Below, piece by piece: positions 1 to 9,714 of a DNA stretch of 45,782 nucleotides (positions are counted from its first letter, which is position 1; every line of letters begins with the position of its first letter). Position numbers and translations under genes: made by a program. The stretch is from Candidatus Acidiferrum sp. (GTDB taxonomy: Bacteria > Acidobacteriota > Terriglobia > Acidiferrales > UBA7541): contig DASXBH010000314.1 in assembly GCA_036491775.1 (NCBI GenBank), positions 1 through 45,782 on the forward strand, in the 5' to 3' direction. The notes under the pieces were generated by a model. It did no database searches. It was given only the letters and a program-made list of their open reading frames with translations, and was not told where the DNA came from.

Positions 1-1
1 G

Positions 2-748
2 ATCGAGCGGGCGCGCGATCTGTCGTCTGAGGAAGTCTGGGCCGGGCTCGAGGAGGAGCGTGGGTTCAAGAATCAGTATGCCGATGGCTTCCAAGTATTG
101 CAGCCCGGGAAGACTATGGTCGGGCGCGCTTTCACGGTGCAATTCATGCCACTGCGCGGCGACGTCGACGAAGTTGCGAAGAAAAAAGCCAGGGAACATG
201 GCTTGGCAGAGCTGTCCAACCAGACTGCGATTGATATGCTTCAGCCCGGCGATGTTCTGGTTGTGGATCTGTTTGGAAAGAAAGTCGATGGCACGATCGT
301 CGGCGACAATCTCTTCTATTACGTGATGAAAGCCACGAATGGCGGTGGATTAGTGGTCGATGGAAGCATTCGCGACCTGGATGGCATCGCCAAGATCGAT
401 ATGCCGGCGTATTTCCGTTCTGTCGATCCGACACCCATCGGGAATGTAATGTTGACGGGCATCAACGTGCCGGTTCGGATCGGCGGAGTAACGGTTATGC
501 CTGGAGATCTCGTCGTAGGAGACCGCGAAGGCGTATATTTCATTCCGCCACAGTTCGTCAAAGCGGTCCTTGACCACGCGGATGAAACCCACATCCATGA
601 CGAATGGACAAAGAAGAAGTTTGATGAGGGAAAATACAAGTCTTCGGAGATTTATGGTTCACCGAGCGATCCTAAGCTGCAGAAGGAGTATCGGGAGTAT
701 CTGAAGAAGCGCCTGGACGAAATCCATAAACGAGAGACTCCACAATAG
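2..748 (+). CDS. RraA/HMG-aldolase family protein (5'-truncated by window edge)
   Basis: The frame is open from base 2 (IERARDLSSEEVWAGL...) into the 98..748 ORF. Motifs GRAFTV, PGDVLVVD, VVDGSIRD and VMPGDLVVGDREGV are typical of the RraA-like fold. Confidence 0.85.
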   Translation: MERARDLSSEEVWAGLEEERGFKNQYADGFQVLQPGKTMVGRAFTVQFMPLRGDVDEVAKKKAREHGLAELSNQTAIDMLQPGDVLVVDLFGKKVDGTIVGDNLFYYVMKATNGGGLVVDGSIRDLDGIAKIDMPAYFRSVDPTPIGNVMLTGINVPVRIGGVTVMPGDLVVGDREGVYFIPPQFVKAVLDHADETHIHDEWTKKKFDEGKYKSSEIYGSPSDPKLQKEYREYLKKRLDEIHKRETPQ

Positions 749-777
749 TTGAGGTTTCTATTCAACGCCTGCTGATT

Positions 778-3700
778 ATGACTCCCCCGAAGATTCTCGC
801 GGCTTTCTTTCTCTTATTGGTTTCTGCGGCGACGGCTCAAGTGCGGGTATGGCAAAGTACTTTGACCTTGCCTACCTATGAGGAAGGTGCGCCCGATCCG
901 AATCCTCCGTTCGATCAGTATGCTAACGGCCGCTTTAACTATCCCTATCCTCTCCGCGACAACCTGACCAATCAGCGGACCGACCACGCCTGGCGAGCTG
1001 TCTTTTTGGAAAATGAATATTTGAAGTGTTCCGTGCTGCCCGATCTTGGCGGCCATGTCTACACGTGCACGGACAAGATCAGCGGACAGCCCATGTTCTA
1101 TCAGAACCCTTCGATCAAGAAGGCTGACATCTCATACCGGGGGGCGTGGGCGGCATTCGGAATCGAGTTCAATTTTCCGGTTTCCCACAACTGGGTCAGT
1201 CTTTCTCCGGTTGATTTCGCGTTCGGACAAAAAGACGACGGTAGCGCTTTCGTTGAGGTTGGCAACATCGACCGGGTATACGGAATGCAGTGGTCGGTAG
1301 AGCTGGTGTTGCGTCCGTATTCCACGGTTCTTGAACAGAGAGTCACACTGAACAATCGCAGCGACGTCCGGCACCGCTTCTACTGGTGGAACAATGCCGG
1401 AGTTCAAGTGTGGGATGATTCGCGCATTCAGTATCCCATGCGGTTTGTCGCGAGTCATGGTTTTCGAGACGTGCAGCCTTGGCCAATCGATGCGGAAGGA
1501 AACGATCTGAGCGTTGTGAAGAATCAGACCAAAGGCCCAGTCTCGTCATTCGTGCACGGAAGCCGAGAACCTTTTATGGGCGTTTGGCACCCTCATACCA
1601 ATACCGGGACGGTACACTATGCCGACTACGCGCAACTTCCTGCTAAGAAGATCTGGTCATGGGGCACTGATCCTGATGGCCTGGACTGGCGCAAGACGCT
1701 TTCTGACAACGACAGCGCGTACGTGGAAGTGCAAGCAGGGTTGTTCCGTAACCAGGAAACGTACGCGTTTCTCGCACCGCGGCAGACAATCAATTTCTCT
1801 GAGTTCTGGATGCCGGTGCGTGATATCGGCGGAATCTCAAGGGCGAATCTGGCGGGTGTGATTCATCTGAGCCGGCGAGATGACGTCCTCGTCGCCGGAC
1901 TCAACGTCAACCAGGCAATTCCGCGAGCGACGCTGAGCATCTCCGCAGGCGATCGAATCCTCTTTCATGAGCAAACTGATCTCACTCCACAGCACACCTG
2001 GAGACATGAACTCGCGAACGTCGATTCTCAGCAGAAATATACGTTTGAGCTTCGCGACGGCAATGGGGCGGTTGTGCTGCGTCAGACCGAGGGCGAATAC
2101 GATTGGACGGCGGTCGATCAAATTCACGTCGGGAATCAGTCGTCGTATCACGTTCCGGATCCAGAACATCGCACGGAGGACGATTGGCTTCAACTGGGAA
2201 ACGGACTCGAACTCGATGGCAATCTTTTGGCTGCACTACAGACGTATCGCGAGGCTTTGACCAAGTTCCCGGAAAGCGTTGAGGGGCGTAAGTCTATCGG
2301 CCGCCTGTGTGCGAGTTTGTTGCATTTCAAAGAGGCCAAGACCTTTCTCGAACCGGTTTACGCCCGCAATACATCGGATGCCGAAGTCGCGTACTACCTC
2401 GGGATTGCCTACGACGGTCTCAGCCAAAATCGTGACGCACGAACATCCTTCGAAGCCGCGGCTCGTATGCCTGCTTTTCGCGCGGCGGCAGGGTTGCGAT
2501 TGGCCGAGTTGTCTGCCCGCGAAGGAAATTTGAAACAGGCCGAGATTTATCTGGAGGCGGTCAGTCACGCAGCTCCAGACGACCTTCGTTCTGCTGAGGA
2601 GCTGGCGGCGATCCTGCAGAAGGAAGGGCAGAAGGAGCGATCTCAGACACTTGCCCAGCAATGGCTGGCGCGATTCCCTCAAAGTTACTTCCTGCTCGAG
2701 CAAGTTGGAAGACCTGACCTGCGGCATCTCGCCGACGACGCGGAGCGCGTGTTGAACGTCGCGTCAGAGTATATGCGTCTCGGAATGTACGCGGAGGCGC
2801 TCGAAGTGTTGTCACGCGACTATCCCGCTGCAGTGGCCGATGAGAGCGAACCCGGAATGCTCCCTCCCGCTAAGCATCCGATGGTGGCTTACTATCGCGG
2901 CTACTGCCAGCAAAAACTGGGCAAGGCCGGCTCGGAGGATTTTTCTACGGCTGCGACCTTGTCGACGAATTACGTCTTTCCTAGCCGCGCAGAAGACCTT
3001 GAGGTCCTGACAGCAGCCTTAAGTGCAAATTCGCAGGGCGCGAATGCACACTATCTGCTCGGAACGCTTTACTTCTCGAAGGGAATGACGGACGAGGCTC
3101 TTGCCGAGTGGGAACTGGCGCGGACCTTCAATCCACAGATTCCTGTTCTACATGCCAGTCTGGGCCGCGCCCTATTGCATGCAAGAGGAAATCCTGAACA
3201 GGCATTGACAGCCTTTCAAGAAGGCATTCGTTCAGATCCTCAGAATGTCGAACTTTATACGGGAATAGATCAAGCCTTGAGCATTTTGCAGCGTCCGGCG
3301 AAAGAACGTATTGCGGCACTGGAGCGATATCCCGATCGCGCCAACATGCCTTCTCCCCTTGTCTATGAACTCATTTTGAATCTAACCGAGTCGGGGGAAT
3401 TCGAGAAAGCGGGCGCTTTGTTTCACAATCGCTTCTTCCAGAGGGCGGAGGGCGGCACGAACGTTCGAGAGGTTTGGCTTGAGGTGCAAATTCAGCATGC
3501 CCGCGCATTAGCGCAACATGGGCAGTGCTCCGAAGCAGTGAATATCGCCGATCATATCGCCGAGCCAGTATCCGATCTGGTGTTCACGCGTGACGGACTG
3601 GAGCCATTTCTGAAAACTGCAAGATTCAGTTATTTGCTTGGCACCGTGTACAAGTCCTGTAAGCAAGCGGAGCGAGCTGAAACTAATTTCAAACACGCAG

Positions 3701-3993
3701 CTGAGCAATCGAGCCTGCAAGACGCAGTTTGGTCCTGGAAAGCATCTCGAGAGATGCCCGGCTTTCACGAAGCTGCAGGAGAGCAGAAATTGGAGAGCAT
3801 CTTGAAACGCGCGAAGAGCGATGGCGATGCGAGTGCGCGCACTGGATGGTGGTTCTACAATGTCGGATTGCTCGATCAACTGGTGGGCCACGATCAGCAG
3901 GCAGAGACGGAATTTCGCCAGGCGTTTTTGTCCGCCGATCAGTTGTTGACTTATCACCTTACTCGGCTTGCGGTGTCCGGCAGCAATCCTTAG
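778..3993 (+). CDS. Secreted DUF5107-domain protein with C-terminal TPR repeats
   Basis: Signal peptide (LLLVSAATA-Q). N-terminal LENEYLK..VLPDLGG, GIEFNFP, FYWWNNA, KKIWSWG and YVEVQAG resemble DUF5107. The C-terminal half has TPR-like helices (AYYLGIAY, AHYLLGTLY). Confidence 0.8.
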   Translation: MTPPKILAAFFLLLVSAATAQVRVWQSTLTLPTYEEGAPDPNPPFDQYANGRFNYPYPLRDNLTNQRTDHAWRAVFLENEYLKCSVLPDLGGHVYTCTDKISGQPMFYQNPSIKKADISYRGAWAAFGIEFNFPVSHNWVSLSPVDFAFGQKDDGSAFVEVGNIDRVYGMQWSVELVLRPYSTVLEQRVTLNNRSDVRHRFYWWNNAGVQVWDDSRIQYPMRFVASHGFRDVQPWPIDAEGNDLSVVKNQTKGPVSSFVHGSREPFMGVWHPHTNTGTVHYADYAQLPAKKIWSWGTDPDGLDWRKTLSDNDSAYVEVQAGLFRNQETYAFLAPRQTINFSEFWMPVRDIGGISRANLAGVIHLSRRDDVLVAGLNVNQAIPRATLSISAGDRILFHEQTDLTPQHTWRHELANVDSQQKYTFELRDGNGAVVLRQTEGEYDWTAVDQIHVGNQSSYHVPDPEHRTEDDWLQLGNGLELDGNLLAALQTYREALTKFPESVEGRKSIGRLCASLLHFKEAKTFLEPVYARNTSDAEVAYYLGIAYDGLSQNRDARTSFEAAARMPAFRAAAGLRLAELSAREGNLKQAEIYLEAVSHAAPDDLRSAEELAAILQKEGQKERSQTLAQQWLARFPQSYFLLEQVGRPDLRHLADDAERVLNVASEYMRLGMYAEALEVLSRDYPAAVADESEPGMLPPAKHPMVAYYRGYCQQKLGKAGSEDFSTAATLSTNYVFPSRAEDLEVLTAALSANSQGANAHYLLGTLYFSKGMTDEALAEWELARTFNPQIPVLHASLGRALLHARGNPEQALTAFQEGIRSDPQNVELYTGIDQALSILQRPAKERIAALERYPDRANMPSPLVYELILNLTESGEFEKAGALFHNRFFQRAEGGTNVREVWLEVQIQHARALAQHGQCSEAVNIADHIAEPVSDLVFTRDGLEPFLKTARFSYLLGTVYKSCKQAERAETNFKHAAEQSSLQDAVWSWKASREMPGFHEAAGEQKLESILKRAKSDGDASARTGWWFYNVGLLDQLVGHDQQAETEFRQAFLSADQLLTYHLTRLAVSGSNP

Positions 3994-4005
3994 TGGGCTA
4001 AGAAC

Positions 4006-4722
4006 GTGGAGATCAAACGTACCTCAATAGATCAGTATCTTAGAATCTTGATCGTTTTCGTCGCTTGCTCCAGTTCGGTTGCGGGTGGTCAAACGATCGA
4101 GAGCACATGGGCCAAGTCTGATCCGCCTCTTGAGACGAATCCGGCTTCTTCCTTTTGGCGTGGGTCCCAGCCGATTTATATGGACGCAGACACTCACGGC
4201 AAACATGACCCCAAATATCGTACGGAAATTCGAACTCGATGGACGAAGCAGAATCTTTATTTCTTGTTCGTGTGCCCTTACGAAGAACTCAATTTGAAGC
4301 CCAATCCGAATTCAACCGCCGAAACCAATGAGCTTTGGAACTGGGATGTGGCAGAGGCCTTTATTGGCGCGGACTTCAGCGATATTCGGCGTTATAAAGA
4401 ATTTGAAATCTCGCCGCAGGGCGAATGGGTTGATCTTGCTATCGACCTCGATCAGCCGCACGACTCGGAGGGCTGGAAGTGGAACTCAGGTTTCGTGGTT
4501 TCGGCGCGAATCGATAAGGCTGCTCACGTCTGGTATGGGGCAATGAAAATTCCATATTCAGCGATCGATAATCGGCCGGCCCAAGCAGGGAATACTCTCC
4601 GCATCAATCTCTTTCGCAGCCAAGGACCATCCTCCCGCCTGCACCAGATTGCGTGGCAAGCGCCTATGGGAGAAAGCTTTCATGTGCCAGAGCGATTTGG
4701 CCTGATGAGGCTCGTGAAGTGA
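4006..4722 (+). CDS. Secreted carbohydrate-binding family 9-like (CBM9/DOMON-like) protein
   Basis: Signal peptide. Motifs TEIRTRWTKQNLYFLF, LWNWDVAEAFI, YKEFEISP, WYGAMKIPYSAI and FHVPERFG. Confidence 0.75.
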   Translation: MEIKRTSIDQYLRILIVFVACSSSVAGGQTIESTWAKSDPPLETNPASSFWRGSQPIYMDADTHGKHDPKYRTEIRTRWTKQNLYFLFVCPYEELNLKPNPNSTAETNELWNWDVAEAFIGADFSDIRRYKEFEISPQGEWVDLAIDLDQPHDSEGWKWNSGFVVSARIDKAAHVWYGAMKIPYSAIDNRPAQAGNTLRINLFRSQGPSSRLHQIAWQAPMGESFHVPERFGLMRLVK

Positions 4723-4732
4723 GACGACTTGC

Positions 4733-7690
4733 CTAATGAGCTTTTGGCTTGCCTTCGTTCGTTTCCGATGCAGTCGTGCTGATCACTCCCGTAATTTCAC
4801 GCCGTGCGTCTAGTGTTCCATCAGGAATTATCAGTGCCACCCAGGGCGTCTTTGGCGACACAATGTGAGCATGCCAGACGATCTCGTGCGCAACCGCCGA
4901 GGTAAGATTGATCTCCTGCTGACCCGTTTCCCTGAGCGTCAGATTGTCGCTGCGCACCGTGAATGTGTGATGACCTGCGCCCTCGGCAGAAACTCGCAGT
5001 GTTATGTCGCTATTTCCCACGTGCTGAGCGGTCACATTGAAATCGAGGACGCGGTCAGGACGCAGGTCGACATCGTAGGATCCACCCGGAAGTACGGTAA
5101 CACTCCTGTGTACTGAGCCCTGCCGCACATCGTAGCGACCTTCCGGCACACGAGTGGTGAAGCCCCCGTCGCGCGAACTTAGAGGCGTCGAAGTGATCTG
5201 ACCAGTTTTCTGTTCGCGGAATTCAATTGGATCGTGGTTCGCAGGATTCGCCATGCCTCGGACCGTGGCAGGCACGCTGATGTCGTCCATCAACCAGATC
5301 CACTGACCCACGGGCTGAGTCCACACTTCTTTATAGGTCCAGCAAATCTGAGTAGGCCAATAAGGGGCGTCATCGAAGCCCTTGGTTTCAATGCCTACTG
5401 GCAGCGCGCCAACCATCTGTCCGGAGCGGACGCTGTACAGCGGTGTCCAGTCATAGCCCTCGCCGTACATCACACTGGCGGCGAAAGGATTGCGCCCGAC
5501 GAACCACTGTGCTTGCTTCTGAGCCAGGTCTTCGGCCTCGAGATCGCCTCGTAACTGTCCGGCCGCCGAGAGTGCCTTGGCTTCGGAGAGCAAAACACTG
5601 GAGTTGCCGCGGAAATCGAACCACACGGGGAATCTGCGCAGATAGTTCTCGCCCCCAAGCGGAATTCCGCGGTGGACTTCTTGCACGTACGCATCGCGGT
5701 CGGCGGCCCGAAGAGGTGTCCAATTCTTGGTTTCGGGAATCAGGCGCGCTTCACTTTCGCGGTAGACTGCAGCGGGTAAAACCGCATAAGGCTCGTCCAC
5801 GACGGAGGCAGGCTTCAAATAGTATTGCGAATGCAAAACCACCGCCGAGTACCATCTCATCCATTTCGCGTGGTCGGGAAAGGCTTCGCACAGGCGAACA
5901 AGAGCAATGATCGGCTCCTGCTCCTGACCGATGTGAAAGCGATGAAAGAGATTCTCGCGCTTGGGGCTGGTGTAGAAATAGCCGGTTAACGGGATCGTCC
6001 AAGGTTGCAAGGTGCGCTCCTGCGAGCCGAGCACCTGATCACCCAAGAGGATCGCTTCCTGCGCGTAATGATCGTCTCCCGTGGAAAGGTAAAGCTCGAC
6101 CGATGCGACTACGCCAAAGGAGATTCGTTCCAACTCGTCCTGCGCGCCATAAACTTCAGCCAGCGGAGGTGCCGTTTTCAAACCTTCGACGGCGTACTTC
6201 CAGTCTTCTTCCGCGATCATGAGGCTACGGTTCGCCAACTCCGGATCGCTGTCGTTCAATACGCGTGCCGCCAGCGCTTCGACTCCGCTCACGCGGAAGT
6301 TCCATTCGGGATTATTGACGGCCTGTCCGAATCGATCGTCCGACGTGCCCATAATTCCATCGGTCCAATAACTCACTAATTGACCGGTACTGCGATATCC
6401 GTCACCAAATCGTGTCTTCAGCACCCAATTCAGGCCCCAGCGAGCTTCTTCCAGCAATCGATCGGAAAGAACCTTGTCATCCCCTCGTCGGTTCAGATTG
6501 TCCGCAAGGGATAACAATGCGTAAACCATTCCCGGAGTGTTTCCCGTCGCGGAGAGGTCGCCGGCATCGTGATATCCCCCATTGACGACGAGGCGCTTGT
6601 CGTCATGCACAGTGTAGATATCCTGATGACATCGGCCGTGTATGCCGGGAATTTCGGTTCCGCATCGCTCGCTGTACATGAAGTTGATCGATTTCCAGAT
6701 GCTGTCGAGCCAGGCGTCATCTCCGATCCGGAAAGAGCGAGTGATCGTATCGCCGGCTTTGATCGCATAGATTCCGGGCTCGCGGACGGCAGAAAAATCC
6801 AGCACTTGATAAGTGCCCAACGGAGTGGAAGTTTGCGCAATCGGCTGAGTCAGAACGATCTCGCCGGTCCGTTGGTCAATCACAGAGAACTCGTGGGCTG
6901 TGAGGTCGCTGGCGATTGCAGATTTCGAAGATCCGGTTGTGTAGCCGCTATGGCTGAATGCAATCTTTCCGGCAGCCACGTCCCATCCTTCGACGTGATC
7001 GGCGTTCACGCTCTGTAATTCCAGTTGGTCGATGTCGAGGATTGTCTGGTCGCCCGGGTCGGGAAGTTTCTTGGGAAGCATGTAGGCAAAATCAATCGCC
7101 GTGACACGATCGCGATCCAATGGAGCGATTTCCCACACGACATGGTTCCAAGCGTGGTTCTTGAGAATGATCGATTCGTGACGTCCTTCGTTGTAAGGAT
7201 CCGGCAGTTTGTGGGCTCCGTCGTTGTGCAGCGTGAGGGAGCATGAAATGGCGGGCGCACCAACAATATCGGGGTAGACCCACAGCGAGATCCGGTTGTA
7301 GCGGCTCCAGTCTTCGCCAAGGAACTTTCTCGTTGCCACAAGATCTTCCCACTCTCCGGCGCCGTCAACCTGGGCAACGTTCGTCGTAGAGCGGATTCGC
7401 AAGGAATGCTGACCATCCTTGAAGTGCACGTCGGACAACGTCATCTCGCCGGCACCATTGAACGACCAATTGGACACGTCTTCCATGCTGTCCAGCACGC
7501 GCGAATCGAGCACTTTCTTGTTCAGCCACCGGGACTCAGCGCCGTCTTCGTACTTGGCCACCATCGGCATCTGGGGAACTGTTTGCTGTGCGGTGAGAAG
7601 GGCGGTCAAATAAGAGATGCTGAGGAGAGTGGTAGTGCCGAATCGGCACATCTTAATTCCCTGCGTACTCCATCTTGAAATCATATTCAT
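4733..7690 (-). CDS. Secreted glycoside hydrolase family 9 protein (N-terminal beta-sandwich and Ig-like domains plus GH9 catalytic domain)
   Basis: GH9 signature GGYHDAGD, Ig-like SHSGYTTGSSKSA and LDFSAVREPGIY, EARWGLNWVLK, WFVGRNPF..VMYGEG, and a likely acid Glu in TYKEVW. Signal peptide present. The exact start is uncertain because there are several Met codons. Confidence 0.8.
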   Translation of the reverse strand: MNMISRWSTQGIKMCRFGTTTLLSISYLTALLTAQQTVPQMPMVAKYEDGAESRWLNKKVLDSRVLDSMEDVSNWSFNGAGEMTLSDVHFKDGQHSLRIRSTTNVAQVDGAGEWEDLVATRKFLGEDWSRYNRISLWVYPDIVGAPAISCSLTLHNDGAHKLPDPYNEGRHESIILKNHAWNHVVWEIAPLDRDRVTAIDFAYMLPKKLPDPGDQTILDIDQLELQSVNADHVEGWDVAAGKIAFSHSGYTTGSSKSAIASDLTAHEFSVIDQRTGEIVLTQPIAQTSTPLGTYQVLDFSAVREPGIYAIKAGDTITRSFRIGDDAWLDSIWKSINFMYSERCGTEIPGIHGRCHQDIYTVHDDKRLVVNGGYHDAGDLSATGNTPGMVYALLSLADNLNRRGDDKVLSDRLLEEARWGLNWVLKTRFGDGYRSTGQLVSYWTDGIMGTSDDRFGQAVNNPEWNFRVSGVEALAARVLNDSDPELANRSLMIAEEDWKYAVEGLKTAPPLAEVYGAQDELERISFGVVASVELYLSTGDDHYAQEAILLGDQVLGSQERTLQPWTIPLTGYFYTSPKRENLFHRFHIGQEQEPIIALVRLCEAFPDHAKWMRWYSAVVLHSQYYLKPASVVDEPYAVLPAAVYRESEARLIPETKNWTPLRAADRDAYVQEVHRGIPLGGENYLRRFPVWFDFRGNSSVLLSEAKALSAAGQLRGDLEAEDLAQKQAQWFVGRNPFAASVMYGEGYDWTPLYSVRSGQMVGALPVGIETKGFDDAPYWPTQICWTYKEVWTQPVGQWIWLMDDISVPATVRGMANPANHDPIEFREQKTGQITSTPLSSRDGGFTTRVPEGRYDVRQGSVHRSVTVLPGGSYDVDLRPDRVLDFNVTAQHVGNSDITLRVSAEGAGHHTFTVRSDNLTLRETGQQEINLTSAVAHEIVWHAHIVSPKTPWVALIIPDGTLDARREITGVISTTASETNEGKPKAH

Positions 7691-7950
7691 GATTAGGCCC
7701 CTGTACTTTTATGCGCTCACACTCCGTCCAATCAGTGTTCCGAGGCTAACCTGTTTGCGTCGTTGCGTCCGAAGTATCGCAAACCGCGATCGCTTGGCCG
7801 AGCAGGTCCTCATCATACAAGCGTCAAGCCGAGCGATACGGTTAGAAGTTGGGCTGTTGTGGTGCCTCTCCCGAAACAAGGAACGTAATAAACTATCCGC
7901 TATCCATGTAGAATGCGCAAAAGAAGCACGCCGCGATAGTCAACCGAACC

Positions 7951-9702
7951 ATGTCCCAGCATTCGACTAGAAGTTGCAAGCCTCGGATTAGGCCACGAAT
8001 GGCGAATTTTGTTCGGATGCTGTTGCTTTTGTTGGCAGCCGCGTGTTCCATTTTCCTCTCAAAACTACCTGCACAGAATCCGCACATCGTTCCGATCGAG
8101 TTTACAAGTGTGACGGCGGCGGCCGGCATCAAGTTCAAGCATTTCAAAGGGAACAGCGGCATTTCAATCAATCGCGAGGAATTTGGTCCGGGAGTCTGCG
8201 TCGCAGATTTCGATGGTGATGGCTGGCAGGATATTTATTTTGTTAATGGCAGGGATCTTTACGGCCGCGGCATTTCGGTTTCGAATGCGCTCTATCACAA
8301 CAACCATGACGGCACTTTTACTGACGTAACGGAAAAAGCCGGTGTGCCCGGAACCGGATACGGGTTGGGTTGTGTGTGGGGAGATTTCGACAATGACGGT
8401 TTTCCTGATCTGTTCGTAACGCAGTATGGCAAGAACGTTCTTTATCGAAACAACGGCAACGGGACGTTTAGTGACGTTACCGACAAGGCTGGGGTCGGTG
8501 GGTTGGAATCGGGCGCGTTCCATTCTGGCGCGACATTCTTCGACTACGATCGAGATGGGTGGTTAGATCTGTATGTCGGCAGCTACGTTACTCTTGGCGA
8601 CAAGCGTTACTGCAAGCTGGGTGAGATCTTGAGCAGTTGTGCTCCCAGTGAGTACAAGGGTAGTCCCGACGCGCTTTATCACAACAATCACGATGGCACG
8701 TTCACCAATGTGGCGCAGGCGGCTGGGATTTATCAGCCACAAGGCAAGAATCTTTCCGTGCAGGCCGCCGACTACGACAATGACGGCTGGCCTGATCTGT
8801 TCGTAGCAAATGATGGGCTGAATGCATACCTTTACCACAACGAGCACAACGGTACTTTCAAGGAAGTCGGCCTCACCGCCGGCATGGCCGTGACCGCGCG
8901 GGGAACGGTCATGGCTGCGATGTGCATCGCTTTGGGCGATTACGATAATGACGGGCAACTAGATCTCTATATCTCCGATTTTCAGCGCTCCTCCGATCAT
9001 CTTTGGCACAACGATGGAAAAGGATTCTTCGACGAAGTGAGTGACGAAGCCGGAATTACGCGGCCAACACGCGAGGTGCTCAGTTTCGGAGGCGGATTCT
9101 TCGATTACGACAATGATGGCCGGCTGGATATCTTCATTGCCAATGGGCACGTATATCCTGAGGTGGAGCAGGCCACTCCCGGAATCCATTACCGGCAGGT
9201 CAATTCACTGTTCCACAACGAAGGAAATGGAAAATTTGTAGAGGTGGGCAAATCCAGCGGCGGGGGATTTGAAACGCCAGCTGTAGGTCGTGGAGTCGCT
9301 TTCGCCGATTTCGATAACGACGGATTTGTAGATGTAGTGGTGGCCAACAACGGCGATTCTCCGCTGGTTCTCCACAACAGCGGAGGCAATGGCAATCACT
9401 TTCTAAATCTCAAGCTGTCAGGGAAGAAGAGCAACCGGGATGCAATGGGAGCCCGCATCCGCGTTGTCAGTGGCACGATGTCGCAGATTCGCGAGATTGC
9501 CGGGGGTGGAAGTTACCTTTCACAAAGCGACCTGCGAGCGAATTTCGGGCTGGGCAAGGAGAAGCGCGCAGAAACGGTCGAGATTATATGGCCCAGTGGG
9601 CAGCTCCAAACCTTCCGTGACGTTGAGGCCGATAGGTTTTATCTGATCGAGGAAGGGAAGGATCGGTTAGGGTTACAGCACCTTTCCGGTCGACAGCCGT
9701 AA
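7951..9702 (+). CDS. CRTAC1-family protein (FG-GAP/VCBS repeats plus ASPIC/UnbV domain), Sec signal
   Basis: Repeated DxDxDGxxD and LYHNNxDGTFTDV motifs. C-terminal SNRDAMGARI..GGGSYLSQ..FGLG..WPSG. Alternative start at 7999. Confidence 0.88.
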   Translation: MSQHSTRSCKPRIRPRMANFVRMLLLLLAAACSIFLSKLPAQNPHIVPIEFTSVTAAAGIKFKHFKGNSGISINREEFGPGVCVADFDGDGWQDIYFVNGRDLYGRGISVSNALYHNNHDGTFTDVTEKAGVPGTGYGLGCVWGDFDNDGFPDLFVTQYGKNVLYRNNGNGTFSDVTDKAGVGGLESGAFHSGATFFDYDRDGWLDLYVGSYVTLGDKRYCKLGEILSSCAPSEYKGSPDALYHNNHDGTFTNVAQAAGIYQPQGKNLSVQAADYDNDGWPDLFVANDGLNAYLYHNEHNGTFKEVGLTAGMAVTARGTVMAAMCIALGDYDNDGQLDLYISDFQRSSDHLWHNDGKGFFDEVSDEAGITRPTREVLSFGGGFFDYDNDGRLDIFIANGHVYPEVEQATPGIHYRQVNSLFHNEGNGKFVEVGKSSGGGFETPAVGRGVAFADFDNDGFVDVVVANNGDSPLVLHNSGGNGNHFLNLKLSGKKSNRDAMGARIRVVSGTMSQIREIAGGGSYLSQSDLRANFGLGKEKRAETVEIIWPSGQLQTFRDVEADRFYLIEEGKDRLGLQHLSGRQP

Positions 9703-9714
9703 TGCCAACTTCCC

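Noticed and set aside
7675-7694. TGAAATCATATTCATGATT as another IclR box
   Set aside because: The spacing is one base short of the N5 consensus and it overlaps the GH9 start region, so it is too weak to call.
8524-8535. SGAT in CRTAC1 as the ApbE flavinylation site
   Set aside because: It falls at the position preceding an FDYDxDG repeat, where similar small residues are normal, and it lacks the upstream Asp context.
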